Notes under the pieces: model-generated | Databases searched by the model: none | The model's input: the letters and a program-made list of their open reading frames with translations, nothing else | What the model was told of the DNA's origin: nothing | Part shown: piece by piece, positions 53,059 to 63,435 of the stretch | How the letters are laid out: each line of letters begins with the position of its first letter | Position numbering within the stretch: position 1 is the first letter of the stretch | Program-made: the position numbers and the translations under genes | IMG/VR virus record: IMGVR_UViG_3300026118_000002 | Coordinates: 1 to 64,000 of that record | Direction: 5' to 3' (one strand) | Source of the DNA: a virus | Length of the DNA: 64,000 nucleotides

Positions 53059-53355
53059 TCAGTTACCTACAACCTTCGACCAATTAACCTCGCTGATCGT
53101 CGCATCGGCATTCCCCGCGCGCAGCAGCGCCGCAAAGCCCGCCTGGATATGTGGCGCTAGCAGCATGCATTCGCCGTGAGCACGGATGCCGATCATCAGC
53201 GCGGGATTGCTCTTGATAAACTGCGTCACCGCGCACTCCACACACATGCCGCCGTTCGCGACCGTGTCGCGCCGCAGCAACTGCGCATCGGCGTTGTGCG
53301 ACGACTGCTCTTGGAGCGCGACGTTGCAGCGCGGGCAGTGGACGGCGTTAGACAT
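53059..53355 (-). CDS. Zinc-finger hypothetical protein
   Basis: CPRC and CVEC motifs. Confidence 0.55.
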   Translation of the reverse strand: MSNAVHCPRCNVALQEQSSHNADAQLLRRDTVANGGMCVECAVTQFIKSNPALMIGIRAHGECMLLAPHIQAGFAALLRAGNADATISEVNWSKVVGN

Positions 53356-53919
53356 CACGGCTTCCTCTTCCGCGCCAACCGAGAGGCGCGAGACAACGCA
53401 CGTAGCCGATCTGTCGGCGAGAGTGTGCCCCATATCGCGCGATTCATCCCTTTGGACTCAACAACGTCCATGACAATCTCAAGCTCACTCCGCGCCGAGT
53501 CTGTGTTCGCGCGGATTGCCTCTGCGATGACTGCGATCAGTTGCTCTCGAAACGATGACCGCATGCGCCTACCCCCCCCTACGCGCTCATCGTGAGCGTC
53601 GCTGACTGCTGCGCTCGCACACACGCACAGAACAAGCGCGCGTAGTGCTCACTTACAAAATCAGCGACCGGATTCATTGGCACGCCGTCATCGTCATCGA
53701 ACACCATCCAGCCGCTCAATTCTTCGTTGCAGCCAGCGTCTGGCGCAAAGAGCCAAAAATCACCAACCTTCTCCGGCTCGTCATTGTCCATCGTACTCCC
53801 TCCGTAGCGGCTCCTGTTGCGGATGCTTTAGCCGCCATTCGAGATAGTCAGCGTACTGCTCTAGTTCGCGTAGATAGACGAAGAGCCGCGAGCTTTCCCA
53901 CGTGCCATTCCTGGCACGC

Positions 53920-54261
53920 TTAGGGCGCGGCATCGACATCGGCGGTGCGCCGTCCGTATTGCGTTTCATAACCGATCAGTCGCTCTCGTTCTCTGACAAG
54001 CCCCTCGGCGTACATCAGAAGATCGTCGTAGTCCCACAAGGCATCGGCGTTGCGCAGTCGCCCTGCGCGATTGCGGAGCGAGCGAATAATCACTAGTAGA
54101 CGATTGATCTCACCACGGAGATATGCACGTCCAGCGGCATCATCTGAGCAAAACCAAGGTCGTCGCTCCGTATCATAGACAACCGTGTGCGCAACCCCAT
54201 CACGTATGGCGACGCTGTGCGCGCTCAGCGCCATTCCACACATAGCACACTGATCACTCAT
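53920..54261 (-). CDS. Hypothetical protein
   Basis: SD GGAGG. Confidence 0.55.
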   Translation of the reverse strand: MSDQCAMCGMALSAHSVAIRDGVAHTVVYDTERRPWFCSDDAAGRAYLRGEINRLLVIIRSLRNRAGRLRNADALWDYDDLLMYAEGLVRERERLIGYETQYGRRTADVDAAP

Positions 54262-54355
54262 GTCTCTCGCCTCCGATCAACACCTCTCGCCCGCCCGTCG
54301 CGGCATGCAGCGCGTACGTTGCGGGGCGGTGTGGTGCCTAGTCACAGGCTTGCGT

Positions 54356-54769
54356 TCAAGCGCGCCATCCGGCATTCATACCGAATACCATCGGATCGTG
54401 CGTTGACTCAGTAAGGTATGGACGGATGACGCCGAACCGATCCATGTGCCATATTCGCAGGTGATAATAGGCAGTGGCATCGAAAATATCCCACAACCAA
54501 CGGTACCAGTCATCTTTTGATTCTGTTACACCACTTGTCACTTCAACTTCCAGAAACCCCAAGACCAGTAGCTTCCCCTCAATAACGATGCGCCATGCGT
54601 CGGGTCGTGGCAAGGCATCACTAAACCCCTCTGAAAGTTCAGACCACTCACCTACCCATGATGGGGCTGTTTGCGCCTGATCGCAGAGTGCGGCACGCCA
54701 CGCATGCCCACGTATCCAGCCGTCTTGAATTGCACGGTTGATCAGAGCATCGTGATGTGTAACTGTCAT
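54356..54769 (-). CDS. Putative PD-(D/E)xK-like nuclease
   Basis: SD AAGGA; PRPDAW...FLEVEVT. Confidence 0.5.
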   Translation of the reverse strand: MTVTHHDALINRAIQDGWIRGHAWRAALCDQAQTAPSWVGEWSELSEGFSDALPRPDAWRIVIEGKLLVLGFLEVEVTSGVTESKDDWYRWLWDIFDATAYYHLRIWHMDRFGVIRPYLTESTHDPMVFGMNAGWRA

Positions 54770-54782
54770 GATGTATTCCTTC

Positions 54783-55048
54783 CGTGGGTAGCGTTGTGGG
54801 TAATGTCTTGTCAAAAGACGTTCGGTATGCTATCATACCGCCTAACACCCCTCGGCACTCCAATGCCACAAATACCATAGCCGTTCTGTGTCGAAACCCC
54901 TCAATAATATGGCCCTGCTGTTTCGTAAACAGCAGGTCAAGGGTTCAAGTCCCTTCACCGGCTCCAGCATCAGGGCGCTGTAGAGGCGTCCTTTTTGCTG
55001 TCTGCTGTTCAGGCAGTGAGGTGCCTGCGTGGGTAGGGTTGTGGGTAA
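54783..55048. mobile_element. attP region with integrase arm-type repeats
   Basis: CGTGGGTAG(C/G)GTTGTGGGTAA at 54783 and 55028 flank the tRNA-derived core. Confidence 0.85.
54918..54966 (+). other. attP core: 3' half of tRNA-Thr(CGT)
   Basis: CTGTTTCGTAAACAG anticodon arm, AAGGG-TTCAAGT-CCCTT T arm, CACCGGC-T-CCA; 5' half absent. Confidence 0.88.
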
Positions 55049-55175
55049 ATTCCATGTTGACCGCTTGCTCGATCCTCCATACCACTTCTCGGTTGATCGA
55101 GCGCTGATCTTTCCGCGCCAACGCCGCAAGGTGCTCATGAAGCTCGTCGGATAATCGGATAGTCAGCTTCTTCAT
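54945..55175 (-). CDS. Arc-family ribbon-helix-helix protein
   Basis: MKKLTIRLSDELHEHLAALARKDQRSINREVV. Confidence 0.85.
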   Translation of the reverse strand: MKKLTIRLSDELHEHLAALARKDQRSINREVVWRIEQAVNMEFTHNPTHAGTSLPEQQTAKRTPLQRPDAGAGEGT

Positions 55176-55237
55176 ACACTCTCTGCCGTCATTTTGCCGT
55201 CTAGTACAGTATACCACGGCTGTCAAGATCGTACAAG

Positions 55238-56362
55238 CTATGCCGCATGCCTGAGTACCTTGATCGACTCTAGCCGCTCCAATGCCTCTCGCATCGCTAC
55301 CACTTGCACCTTGACATAGCTCGATGTGACATCGGCATCAGCGTGACCCGCAATCGCCTGGATAATGTCGTGGCTTGCACCGGTATCACCTAGCCAAGAG
55401 AGGCAGGTGCGGCGTAAGAGGTGGAAATGAACATTGCGGATGCTGGCCCGTTTGAGCGCGGCCTTAAAATGCCGATCAAGATTGCGCTCACTCATTGGCG
55501 TGCCGCGCTCTGATGCGAACAGCAACCCGCTTTCTGGTACGCCTTCCGCCATAATTTGCTCAAGTCGCATCCGCAAAATACCGCACTGGCGATGCGTGAG
55601 TGGCAGTACGCGGATGCGACGGTTTTTCGTGTATTGCTCAATCGACGGCCTGCCGTCTATGTCCAGCACCTGCTGTCGGATCGTGATTGTACGGGCTTCG
55701 AGATCAAGTCCAGCGATCTCCAATCCGAGCAACTCGCCCTTGCGGATGCCTAATTCGACCGCAAGTACATACAGACCAGAGAGACGGTGTGATGTGACCG
55801 CTTCGAGAAGTGCGGCGGCTTCGAGGGTTGTTAAAGGATCAGGCTTCTCGTCATGCACAGGTGGTGTTTCAACCGCCAGGATCGGGTTGTATCCGATCCG
55901 TCGATCATCTGTCGCCTGAGTCAGTGCTGTTCGTAGGACGGTGTACGCATGACGGATCGTGCGTGGTGAGAAATTGCCGACTTTCATGTCGGCCAGCATT
56001 GCGCGGATATGATCGGCGGAAAGCGCTTCGAGCCTGATATGTCCGATACGAGGGGAGATGTAAAACTCACATATCTGTTTGTAGAAACGCAGTGTTTTGG
56101 GCTTTTTGTTCGGGGCGACGATGGTGGAAAGCCAGTGCGCAAGCCAATCATGGAGCGGGATTTTGCCACCGGGGATATTTACGCGTCCGTCTTTTTGCTG
56201 TTCAAGTTCCTTGCGTTTGGCTTTGGCGGCTGCTTCCGAAGCACAACGATAGTTGTATTGCTTGCCGTTTTGCGAGATATAGGCCCACCATTGTCCGTTT
56301 TTGTCCTGGTAGTAACCGCGCGCCCGGCGAGCGGGGCGCTTTGCATTCTTGGAGCTTCCCAT
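55238..56362 (-). CDS. int: Tyrosine integrase
   Basis: ELGIRKGELLGL, TKN, FHLLRRT, AGH, terminal Y; SD AAGGAGG. Confidence 0.95.
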   Translation of the reverse strand: MGSSKNAKRPARRARGYYQDKNGQWWAYISQNGKQYNYRCASEAAAKAKRKELEQQKDGRVNIPGGKIPLHDWLAHWLSTIVAPNKKPKTLRFYKQICEFYISPRIGHIRLEALSADHIRAMLADMKVGNFSPRTIRHAYTVLRTALTQATDDRRIGYNPILAVETPPVHDEKPDPLTTLEAAALLEAVTSHRLSGLYVLAVELGIRKGELLGLEIAGLDLEARTITIRQQVLDIDGRPSIEQYTKNRRIRVLPLTHRQCGILRMRLEQIMAEGVPESGLLFASERGTPMSERNLDRHFKAALKRASIRNVHFHLLRRTCLSWLGDTGASHDIIQAIAGHADADVTSSYVKVQVVAMREALERLESIKVLRHAA

Positions 56363-56547
56363 TTGTCGCCTCCTTGTTCCATCCATGCCACGAGCGCGTC
56401 AACGGACTTCGCAGACACGAGCGTTCCTTTTCCGCGCCCACTGGAAACAAGGATGCGTTCATGGATGAGCCGACGCACGGTTTGATAGCTGAGATTCAGG
56501 ATCGCTTGTGTCTCGCTCATTTTATAAAAAGCTGACTGAATTGTCAT
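56179..56547 (-). CDS. xis: Excisionase-like HTH protein
   Basis: FYKMSETQAILNLSYQTVRRLI; directly upstream of int. Confidence 0.7.
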   Translation of the reverse strand: MTIQSAFYKMSETQAILNLSYQTVRRLIHERILVSSGRGKGTLVSAKSVDALVAWMEQGGDKWEAPRMQSAPLAGRAVTTRTKTDNGGPISRKTASNTTIVVLRKQPPKPNARNLNSKKTDA

Positions 56548-56644
56548 CTCGCCCTCACCCTCACACACCCGACGCCGCGTCACGCCGCGCCAGCAACGTC
56601 TCGCGCGGCGTCGTCATCGTCGCGCCGCCAGTATCTGCGATGCG

Positions 56645-57400
56645 TTAAACAGCCAATTCCATTACTTCCTGAGAGAGACGACGAACGGCAACCTCCACGT
56701 ACTCTACCCCAATCTCGATCCCGATCGCGCAACGGCCCAGGTTCTTGGCTGCCCGTAGTGTTGTGCCACTGCCTGCTGTGAAGTCCAATATCGTGTCGCC
56801 GGGGTTTGTATGCGTCGTGATAAGATACTCCATAAGCGCGAGCGGCTTTTGGTTAGGATGAAGTCCATCGAGCCGATTGCCGTTATTCATTGATATAATG
56901 GTTGTTGGATAATACTCATCACTGATACGGGTCGTTGAGTGGTGTTGCCCCCAAACGGACGAGGTGCGCCGCATCCCGCCCTTGGTGCGTAATGCTCCCT
57001 TGCGAAGAAGGGGATTGTAGGTTGCTACGCCGCTACAAAACACGGAGATTAGCTCATGCTGTCGTAATGGCTGATGTTTTGCGTTTAGATAGCCTGTCGG
57101 CATATGCTTATCCCAAATCCAATCGTATTTGTACCAACTAGGATTACTTGTTCGCAGTAGACTACTAAACGGCTCCTGTCCGAACAGCACGATTGCGCCA
57201 CGCGGCTTGATCAGTCGCTTTAACTCTCTCCACATCGCATCAAGCGGGATCGGACTATCCCACTCACTTGCTGTCGTGCCGTAGGGTGGATCACAAATGA
57301 CGGCATCAAGGCTGTGATCGGGCAGCGTCGGCATGACCTCTAGACAGTCACCGTGATAGATCGTGATACCGTTATGTTCATAGTAGGGCTGCATCGTCAT
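56645..57400 (-). CDS. DNA methyltransferase, N6/N4 beta class (ORF extendable to 57571)
   Basis: DPPY, HPNQKP, LDFTAGSGTT. Confidence 0.93.
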   Translation of the reverse strand: MTMQPYYEHNGITIYHGDCLEVMPTLPDHSLDAVICDPPYGTTASEWDSPIPLDAMWRELKRLIKPRGAIVLFGQEPFSSLLRTSNPSWYKYDWIWDKHMPTGYLNAKHQPLRQHELISVFCSGVATYNPLLRKGALRTKGGMRRTSSVWGQHHSTTRISDEYYPTTIISMNNGNRLDGLHPNQKPLALMEYLITTHTNPGDTILDFTAGSGTTLRAAKNLGRCAIGIEIGVEYVEVAVRRLSQEVMELAV

Positions 57401-57561
57401 CTCATTATCCGTCTCGTCCGTCTCACTCACAACCGGCATCCCCGTCGCCCTATCGTCACTACTGCGATAGTAGCCCGCCCTCACCCCGCCACACTGCGGA
57501 CTGTACCAGTACCACGGCACGCCACTGCGCAGCACGCAGAGCGGCCAGGAGGTGCGCTGTG

Positions 57562-58511
57562 TCATAGCCACAACTCCGTACTGACCAGTTGCACACCATC
57601 AGTTCTGCGCGCCTGCATATCGCCATAGCCAAGATCGACGCCGATTGCGTTGCGCTGGAGCTTTGTCGCGGCACGTAAGGTTGTGCCGCTGCCGGCGAAC
57701 GGATCAAGGATCGTGTCACCGGTGCCGCTGCCTGCGAGAATGCAGCGTTCGGCGAGTGCCTGTGGCATCGGCGCGTAGTGCTCTTCAGCGGGAGCCCGTG
57801 CGATGGAATATCCCAGACAGTGCGACAGTGCCGATCAATGAGCGGGGCAAGTTGCGCGGTGCTGGGTTCGCGTCGCCCGGAATTGAGCGGCGCATTTACA
57901 ACGCCCTTCGATCCGCGCGGGGAGCGCGGATCGCCGTTGACCGCCGGTACCTTGACGGCATCCATATTGATATAATAGTTGCCCTGCTTACTGAATAAAA
58001 AGACTGTTTCATGGTCGCGACTGAACCGATCACCAGCCGCATTTCCCTCTGGCATCGCATTTCTTTTCCACCAGATGATCTCATTTCGCAGTACCCAGCC
58101 CTGATCTTGCAATGCAAACGCCACGCGCCACGGCATGCCCATCAGCGATTTTGGCGGCAATCCGGTCGTCACCCGCCGCGCACCGGGCCGATCTTGCGTC
58201 TGCTTTCCATGCAGACCGTCGGCGTGCTTGCCGCCTGTCGAGCCGCCCCATTTGCCGTCATTCGCGTAGCAGTCGCCTAAATTAAGGAACAACACACCGT
58301 TGTTTTTGAGTACGCGCCAGCACAGCAGGAACACATCTGCAAGCGCGGCGACATACTCGATATGCGTTTGCTCTTGGCCGATCTCGCGCGGGTCGTCTGT
58401 GTACGATCGCATCCTCCAATATGGGGGCGATGTGCAAATCATCTGCACGCTTCCAGTAGCAAGCGTCGGAAGGAGTTCACGGCTGTCGCCTTGTAATATT
58501 TCAATACTCAT
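57562..58511 (-). pseudogene. N4-cytosine-type DNA methyltransferase split by a frameshift near 57790
   Basis: TSPPY in 58511..~57790; EEHYAPMP...LDPFAGSGTT in a different frame to 57562. Confidence 0.85.
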
Positions 58512-58714
58512 CCCAGTTCCATCACTTCCTGCTTCGTCTTCATCGCCTCAAGCCGCGCTATCGCCTCCGCCAACTCCTTGCGCGTCTCCGATGCTCGCAC
58601 CGCGCTTGGCGAGTCCAGTCCCATTCGCTCGTGCAACGCAGCGTCTACCGCGTATCGTCGGCGCTCACGCTGCATGGCGGCGATAGCAAGGTCGATCGCG
58701 CGGTTGTTGGTCAC
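58508..58714 (-). CDS. Hypothetical protein
   Basis: GTGA/ATGA coupling. Confidence 0.55.
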   Translation of the reverse strand: MTNNRAIDLAIAAMQRERRRYAVDAALHERMGLDSPSAVRASETRKELAEAIARLEAMKTKQEVMELG

Positions 58715-59598
58715 GTGCGCGCCGCCTCTAGTGTCGCCAGCCATTTTGTATAGTTGCGGATGTTCTCAATCGCGAGCTGCGCTGGCTGATACGCCGTGAA
58801 TTTCTCGTCCTTCGTGAAGGATTTGCGCTGCACACCGTCGCCACCAGCGTAGGACCGACCGAACACCGCCGCCATCTCCGTACCCGCGCTGTCGGTCGAG
58901 AGACGGACACCTTCACACATGCGTTCATATCCCGCTGCAAGCTCGATCGCCGGCGGATAAAGCACGCCGAGAATATGCACACGCGTGACCCCCGTGCGGC
59001 GCACCCGAGGGAGCACTCGGCGCAGCACCTCGTCAAAGATTGGCATCATTAACGTAGGCATGCGACCTATTATGCAGAAGCCGCCCAGCGCCAGCCAGTC
59101 GCGCCCTGGACGCATCAGCGGAAGGAGTGAGTCTACACACGCAAGATACTGGCGCGGCGTAGCGCCTTGTGCAGCGTAGGCGATCGCGCCACGTACGCTG
59201 CCACGTAGACGATGATACTCACGCGCGCTACGCAGCGTCTCGGCGACAGCGGGGGCGGCGCTCGTCTCGTCGCCGCGCACCTTGACGCGCTTACCGTTGA
59301 CGATCGCCTCGTCTACGCCGACAAGACAGTCATAGGTCACAATCGCCTCAGCATGCGAAGGCCCGCCGCTGTACTCGATCTGCGCTTCTAGCCGCAACTG
59401 CCGTTCAAGCGCCGTCCAAGGCTGAAGACGCAGCAGCATATCCCTTTCTTGAAAAGCTCCGCTGTCAATAACGTAGCGCGTGTGCGGACAGAGATCGACC
59501 CGATAGTGCGGGTTGACCATCGCCAGCCCACTCACACACTCAGGCGCAAACGCAAGGCAGTTCAGTTCGTTATTGTTTTTCGAGGGATAGAACATCAC
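58711..59598 (-). CDS. TGT-fold protein, DpdA-like transglycosylase candidate
   Basis: VIDSGAFQ, YD, AQG, ALGG, RVHILGV and STDS in TGT order. Confidence 0.72.
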   Translation of the reverse strand: MMFYPSKNNNELNCLAFAPECVSGLAMVNPHYRVDLCPHTRYVIDSGAFQERDMLLRLQPWTALERQLRLEAQIEYSGGPSHAEAIVTYDCLVGVDEAIVNGKRVKVRGDETSAAPAVAETLRSAREYHRLRGSVRGAIAYAAQGATPRQYLACVDSLLPLMRPGRDWLALGGFCIIGRMPTLMMPIFDEVLRRVLPRVRRTGVTRVHILGVLYPPAIELAAGYERMCEGVRLSTDSAGTEMAAVFGRSYAGGDGVQRKSFTKDEKFTAYQPAQLAIENIRNYTKWLATLEAART

Positions 59599-60131
59599 GC
59601 CCGCACCGCCTCTTTCGCCATTCGCGCGCGCCTCAGCTCACCTTCCACGAACAGCCCGCCGCCGATGGCATGTGCGATATGCTCAGATGGCAAATCCGTC
59701 AAAACAAACCGCGTGCGCGCTGCCCGACGCATCGCATCGGCATCGGCGTGTCCATTGCCAACCAGTGCCGCTTTGCCCTGCGTCGGCAGAAATGGCCGCA
59801 CCTCAAGGCCGAACGACGCGCCAATGCCGATGATTGCACCGCCCGCGTTCGCCAGCTTTTTGAACGTCTGTGGATTGACGCCCTGCCAGGCATCCTCATA
59901 GCACAACACAAACTCACCACACGGCACAAACGCCTGCAACTCAGCAGTGATCAGGCGTGCGATATCCCAGATGCGCTTGTGCGCGGCTTTCGAGCCCTTA
60001 TTCGGCGACCACAGCCACGTCTCCACCAGGCGCTCCTCGCCGTGATCGAATGCTAGCAGCGCGCCGCCAGCGGGGTTGTCGCCGCGCGTACCAGGGTCGA
60101 TACTCAGGATGTATAGTGTCTCACTCGCCAT
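59595..60131 (-). CDS. RuvC-like Holliday junction resolvase
   Basis: LSIDPG, CYED, PTQGKAALVGNGHA; last acidic motif atypical (SEHIAHA). Confidence 0.78.
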   Translation of the reverse strand: MASETLYILSIDPGTRGDNPAGGALLAFDHGEERLVETWLWSPNKGSKAAHKRIWDIARLITAELQAFVPCGEFVLCYEDAWQGVNPQTFKKLANAGGAIIGIGASFGLEVRPFLPTQGKAALVGNGHADADAMRRAARTRFVLTDLPSEHIAHAIGGGLFVEGELRRARMAKEAVRA

Positions 60132-60257
60132 CGGCTTCCTCGATATCCACGCACTCCGCGCCACATTCGGGACACACACCCGCATCCGTCTCATTCCAAC
60201 GACCTTGCCAAGGACAATCGGTGCATTCGCACTCGGCTGGCCTTCTTGGTATTACTT

Positions 60258-60488
60258 TCATCCCAGCGCCTTCTTTCCCTTATCCGTCAGTTCGTAGCGA
60301 TCCGTGCTGCCCACACGCGCAATCAGCCCACGTACCGCCAGCCCGCCACAGCTATTCCCGTTCACCCCATAACGCAACTTGCGTACGCTGACGAACCACC
60401 ACACGCTCTCGCTGCGATACAACTTTGCGCCGTCGCGCAGCGATCTCAGGATGTCGCGCTGGACCGCGCCGATACGCGACGTAGTCAT
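60258..60488 (-). CDS. Winged-helix-like small protein
   Basis: LAVRGLI...YELTDKGKKAL. Confidence 0.6.
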   Translation of the reverse strand: MTTSRIGAVQRDILRSLRDGAKLYRSESVWWFVSVRKLRYGVNGNSCGGLAVRGLIARVGSTDRYELTDKGKKALG

Positions 60489-60751
60489 AGCGATAGTTCC
60501 TGCTGAACCGGACCCACGCGAGCCTCTTTCGCCGCAACCGCGTCAATCGCGGCGCGGGCTGCTGTGAGGTATTCGCGGCTTGGCTTCTTATCGATCTCTT
60601 GCCCATTCCTGTACGTTGCCCATACCGCGCGCTGTAACTCCCTCGGGACACGTCGCCAGTGAGCAGCACACATCAACAGTTTTGGTGATACGGGCTTCTC
60701 ACAGCCACGCGCGTGGCATGTGTGCGGTTGCTCGATTGGTGTTGTCATCAT
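60485..60751 (-). CDS. Cys/His phage hypothetical protein
   Basis: HTCHARGC..LMCAAHWRRVP. Confidence 0.7.
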   Translation of the reverse strand: MMTTPIEQPHTCHARGCEKPVSPKLLMCAAHWRRVPRELQRAVWATYRNGQEIDKKPSREYLTAARAAIDAVAAKEARVGPVQQELSL

Positions 60752-60965
60752 CGTCCTCTCAGTTCACGTCGCTGCTTGTTGTACATCCGCATGTAGTGAT
60801 TACGACAGCGCCCGCCGCGCGTCGCCGGCTGCTCACACTCTCGACAATGCTGTCCGCGCGGCTCGTACGTCGGCTCAAATGCCTGTGAGCGCCACCAGGA
60901 CAGATAGCAGGCATTGCAGCGACGCGCAGCCTGGATAGGCCGCAATCCACAGACCAGACAGAGCA

Positions 60966-61301
60966 TCATCGCCCGCATCCTTCGTTTGCCCGTATCGGCT
61001 GCCCTGTATTCCACGCGGCAAGCTCGGCAAGCTCTTGGTTGTGTTGCCGTGCCGCCTCTTGGTCAGCCTGACGCTGCCGATAGCGATCCTCTTGGCGTAT
61101 ACGAAAGCACTTCACGCACACAAGTTCATCGGATTCGAGATCGTAGACCTCGTCAAAGAAGCCGAGATGAGAATCGACGCAGTACACCTGACGAACAATG
61201 CTGTACGTTCCGCCGATATTCCCCGCCTTAACCCAGTCATCCGCATCGTCGTATGTCTCGAAATACACGTCGCCAATGCGATATTGATACAGGCCGCTCA
61301 T
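60966..61301 (-). CDS. Hypothetical protein
   Basis: SD AAGGAG. Confidence 0.55.
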   Translation of the reverse strand: MSGLYQYRIGDVYFETYDDADDWVKAGNIGGTYSIVRQVYCVDSHLGFFDEVYDLESDELVCVKCFRIRQEDRYRQRQADQEAARQHNQELAELAAWNTGQPIRANEGCGR

Positions 61302-61495
61302 TGCCCGCTCTCCTTCACCGCCATCCGCGCACACGCCGCGCCGAGTCTCGCCATTCGCGCTCGTCTACATCCTGTCGCTGCCACTCATCAGTTCTGACGC
61401 GGCGGGCGTTCGGGCAGCCACCAGCGCGATGGATGACAGCGGATTCAGTGTGCTGTCCTGCGACTTTGACGAGGACGGTGATCATTGGCGTTGTC

Positions 61496-61837
61496 TCAAC
61501 TAGCATCGTCATTTCCTCTAATCGCCCGCCGCAACTCTGCCACCGTCGCCGCGCGGCGTTCCATTGTCATCGCAGCGCGTGCTTGGAGCGTTGCGGCAGC
61601 ATGCATCGCCTCAGCAGGCAGGCTGTACAAAAGCGTTGACCAGATATTCGCGCTATGCCGCATGTAATAACGCTGCAAGACAGGACTGAACAAAAGTTCC
61701 CACCCGTCGCTTTCAAGCGCGGCGAGCGTCGTCGTTGGCACCGGCGCAACCGGCGTGATCTCGGCTGGTGTGCTGGCGGCGCGCTGTGGTTGTGTGGCGC
61801 GGCGTGCGGTGAAGGCGCGCTGGCTACTTCGTGTCAT
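61496..61837 (-). CDS. Hypothetical protein
   Basis: Coupled in the operon. Confidence 0.5.
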   Translation of the reverse strand: MTRSSQRAFTARRATQPQRAASTPAEITPVAPVPTTTLAALESDGWELLFSPVLQRYYMRHSANIWSTLLYSLPAEAMHAAATLQARAAMTMERRAATVAELRRAIRGNDDAS

Positions 61838-62031
61838 TGTTCGCCTGCCGGAATGCGTTGACCGCTGCTACCACGAGGTACGCATCGGCGATGTCTCGCG
61901 CCTCGCAATTCTCCATATCGCCAAAACACATGACACATCGGCCATCGCCGGCAAAGACGGCGACCATACCCACATACCCATCTCGATTATCATCCACAAC
62001 CCACGGCAACGGGCTGTGTGCTTGCATCAAA

Positions 62032-62418
62032 TCAGTCGTCATAATCCGTCTCGCTCTCCAATACCAGAAACTCGTCTGTGCAATATCCGCACTGCACACA
62101 CTCGTAAAAATACGACTCGCGCCCGTCATCGCCGCACTGCTCGTGTCGCATCATCGGCGTCTCATAGCACACCGGCCCTGCATAGTCATCCATATCCCGC
62201 TCCCGCATCTCGTCCATCACCCTCGGATGCACACATCCCTGAAACGCTACACCACACGTAGGACACACGCCCTGCCCGCGCCCGTACAGCCGCTCGGCAT
62301 TGCCTGGCAGTGGACTCGCGGCAAGCCCGGTGAAGCCGACGTATGCCAGCGACGTACCGCGCCAGCCGCAGTGATTGCAGTCATACATCAGAACTTGCTC
62401 CATGTCTCTATTGCACAT
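62032..62418 (-). CDS. Multi-CxxC protein
   Basis: CNHCG, CPTCG, CVQCG motifs. Confidence 0.55.
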   Translation of the reverse strand: MCNRDMEQVLMYDCNHCGWRGTSLAYVGFTGLAASPLPGNAERLYGRGQGVCPTCGVAFQGCVHPRVMDEMRERDMDDYAGPVCYETPMMRHEQCGDDGRESYFYECVQCGYCTDEFLVLESETDYDD

Positions 62419-62588
62419 GTGCGATGGTACGGATACCCGGTCTGAAACGCAGGCACTTCGCCTGTATATTCAAAATAGCGCTCGCCGACTCCTATTCCCT
62501 TCTCGCACGCTCGGCACACGTGGGACTTTCGGGCTGTACGCCACTGTCCTGGCACATTGAAAGTCGGCTCGTTGTTTCGCTCATCCAT
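62388..62588 (-). CDS. Small zinc-finger protein
   Basis: ARKSHVCRAC..I..GERY..HRTC. Confidence 0.65.
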   Translation of the reverse strand: MDERNNEPTFNVPGQWRTARKSHVCRACEKGIGVGERYFEYTGEVPAFQTGYPYHRTCAIETWSKF

Positions 62589-62801
62589 GCCCCACTCCCT
62601 TACACCGCTCCATCTCCCTCAGCGCCCGCTCGCGTCGTCGCAGTGCCGTCTGCAACGACAGCGCCGCCTCCATCAGCGAGTCCTGCGAATGACCGTAGCC
62701 ACCGATGATGGCCGTCCAGTGTGCTACGTCGCGCTCTGCGGCAGCGAGGCGGCAGCGCGGGCAGTGGCAGGCGTGTGGGGCGTGCTGCTGGGCGATGGCT
62801 G

Positions 62802-63257
62802 TCATTCTGCGGCTTCTTTCTCGCACACAAAACCATCGATCGCATAGCAGGCGTCGAGCGCTGCCTGCAATATCTCTGTGACCGATGCGCTGACTGTCGG
62901 GTCTGCGAGTGCCGCTTTGATCGCGACAGTTAGATTATGCTTGTCGAACTCCAGGAAACTCGCCTGATCAACCCAACCGCTCGCGTACTCGTCAAGACGT
63001 TTGATTCGTTCGCGCAAGGCGTCGAAGAGTCCCGCGCGCTCGCGCAGCCCGTCGCACTCCGCCCGCAAGAAGAGTATTCTTGCCCAGCGTAATTCGCTTT
63101 CGCGCGCGATTGGTTCGAGCCGTGAAACCTCCTGCAATGCGGATTTGCGCCGTTCGTCAAAAATGGCAACCGATTTGAGTGCCGAATCGAGTTGTGCCCG
63201 TAGCAGATCGCGCTCTGCGCACACACGCGCTAGTTGTTCGTGCGCCTCAAATATCAT
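62802..63257 (-). CDS. Coiled-coil hypothetical protein
   Basis: SD GAGG; heptads. Confidence 0.6.
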   Translation of the reverse strand: MIFEAHEQLARVCAERDLLRAQLDSALKSVAIFDERRKSALQEVSRLEPIARESELRWARILFLRAECDGLRERAGLFDALRERIKRLDEYASGWVDQASFLEFDKHNLTVAIKAALADPTVSASVTEILQAALDACYAIDGFVCEKEAAE

Positions 63258-63435
63258 CGCAACACCTCGATCGTTCGCTGATAATCCCAGCCGCGCCGCC
63301 TACACAGCGCCCTCAGCCGCCCCAGCGCCGCCGACTCCATCGCTGCCTCAGCACGCCAGTAGTCGCGCACCTCGGACCAACAGCCCGCCGCTGCTGCGGC
63401 CCACGGCGCGACAATGCGATCATCGTCGGCGTGGC

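Noticed and set aside
54890-54966. Complete tRNA-Thr gene
   Set aside because: No 5' acceptor strand or D arm; it is the attP core
54945-55175. Integration-dependent truncation of the Arc regulator (BPs-type switch)
   Set aside because: Its stop codon lies inside the tRNA identity block that stays attached after crossover, so the protein should be unchanged
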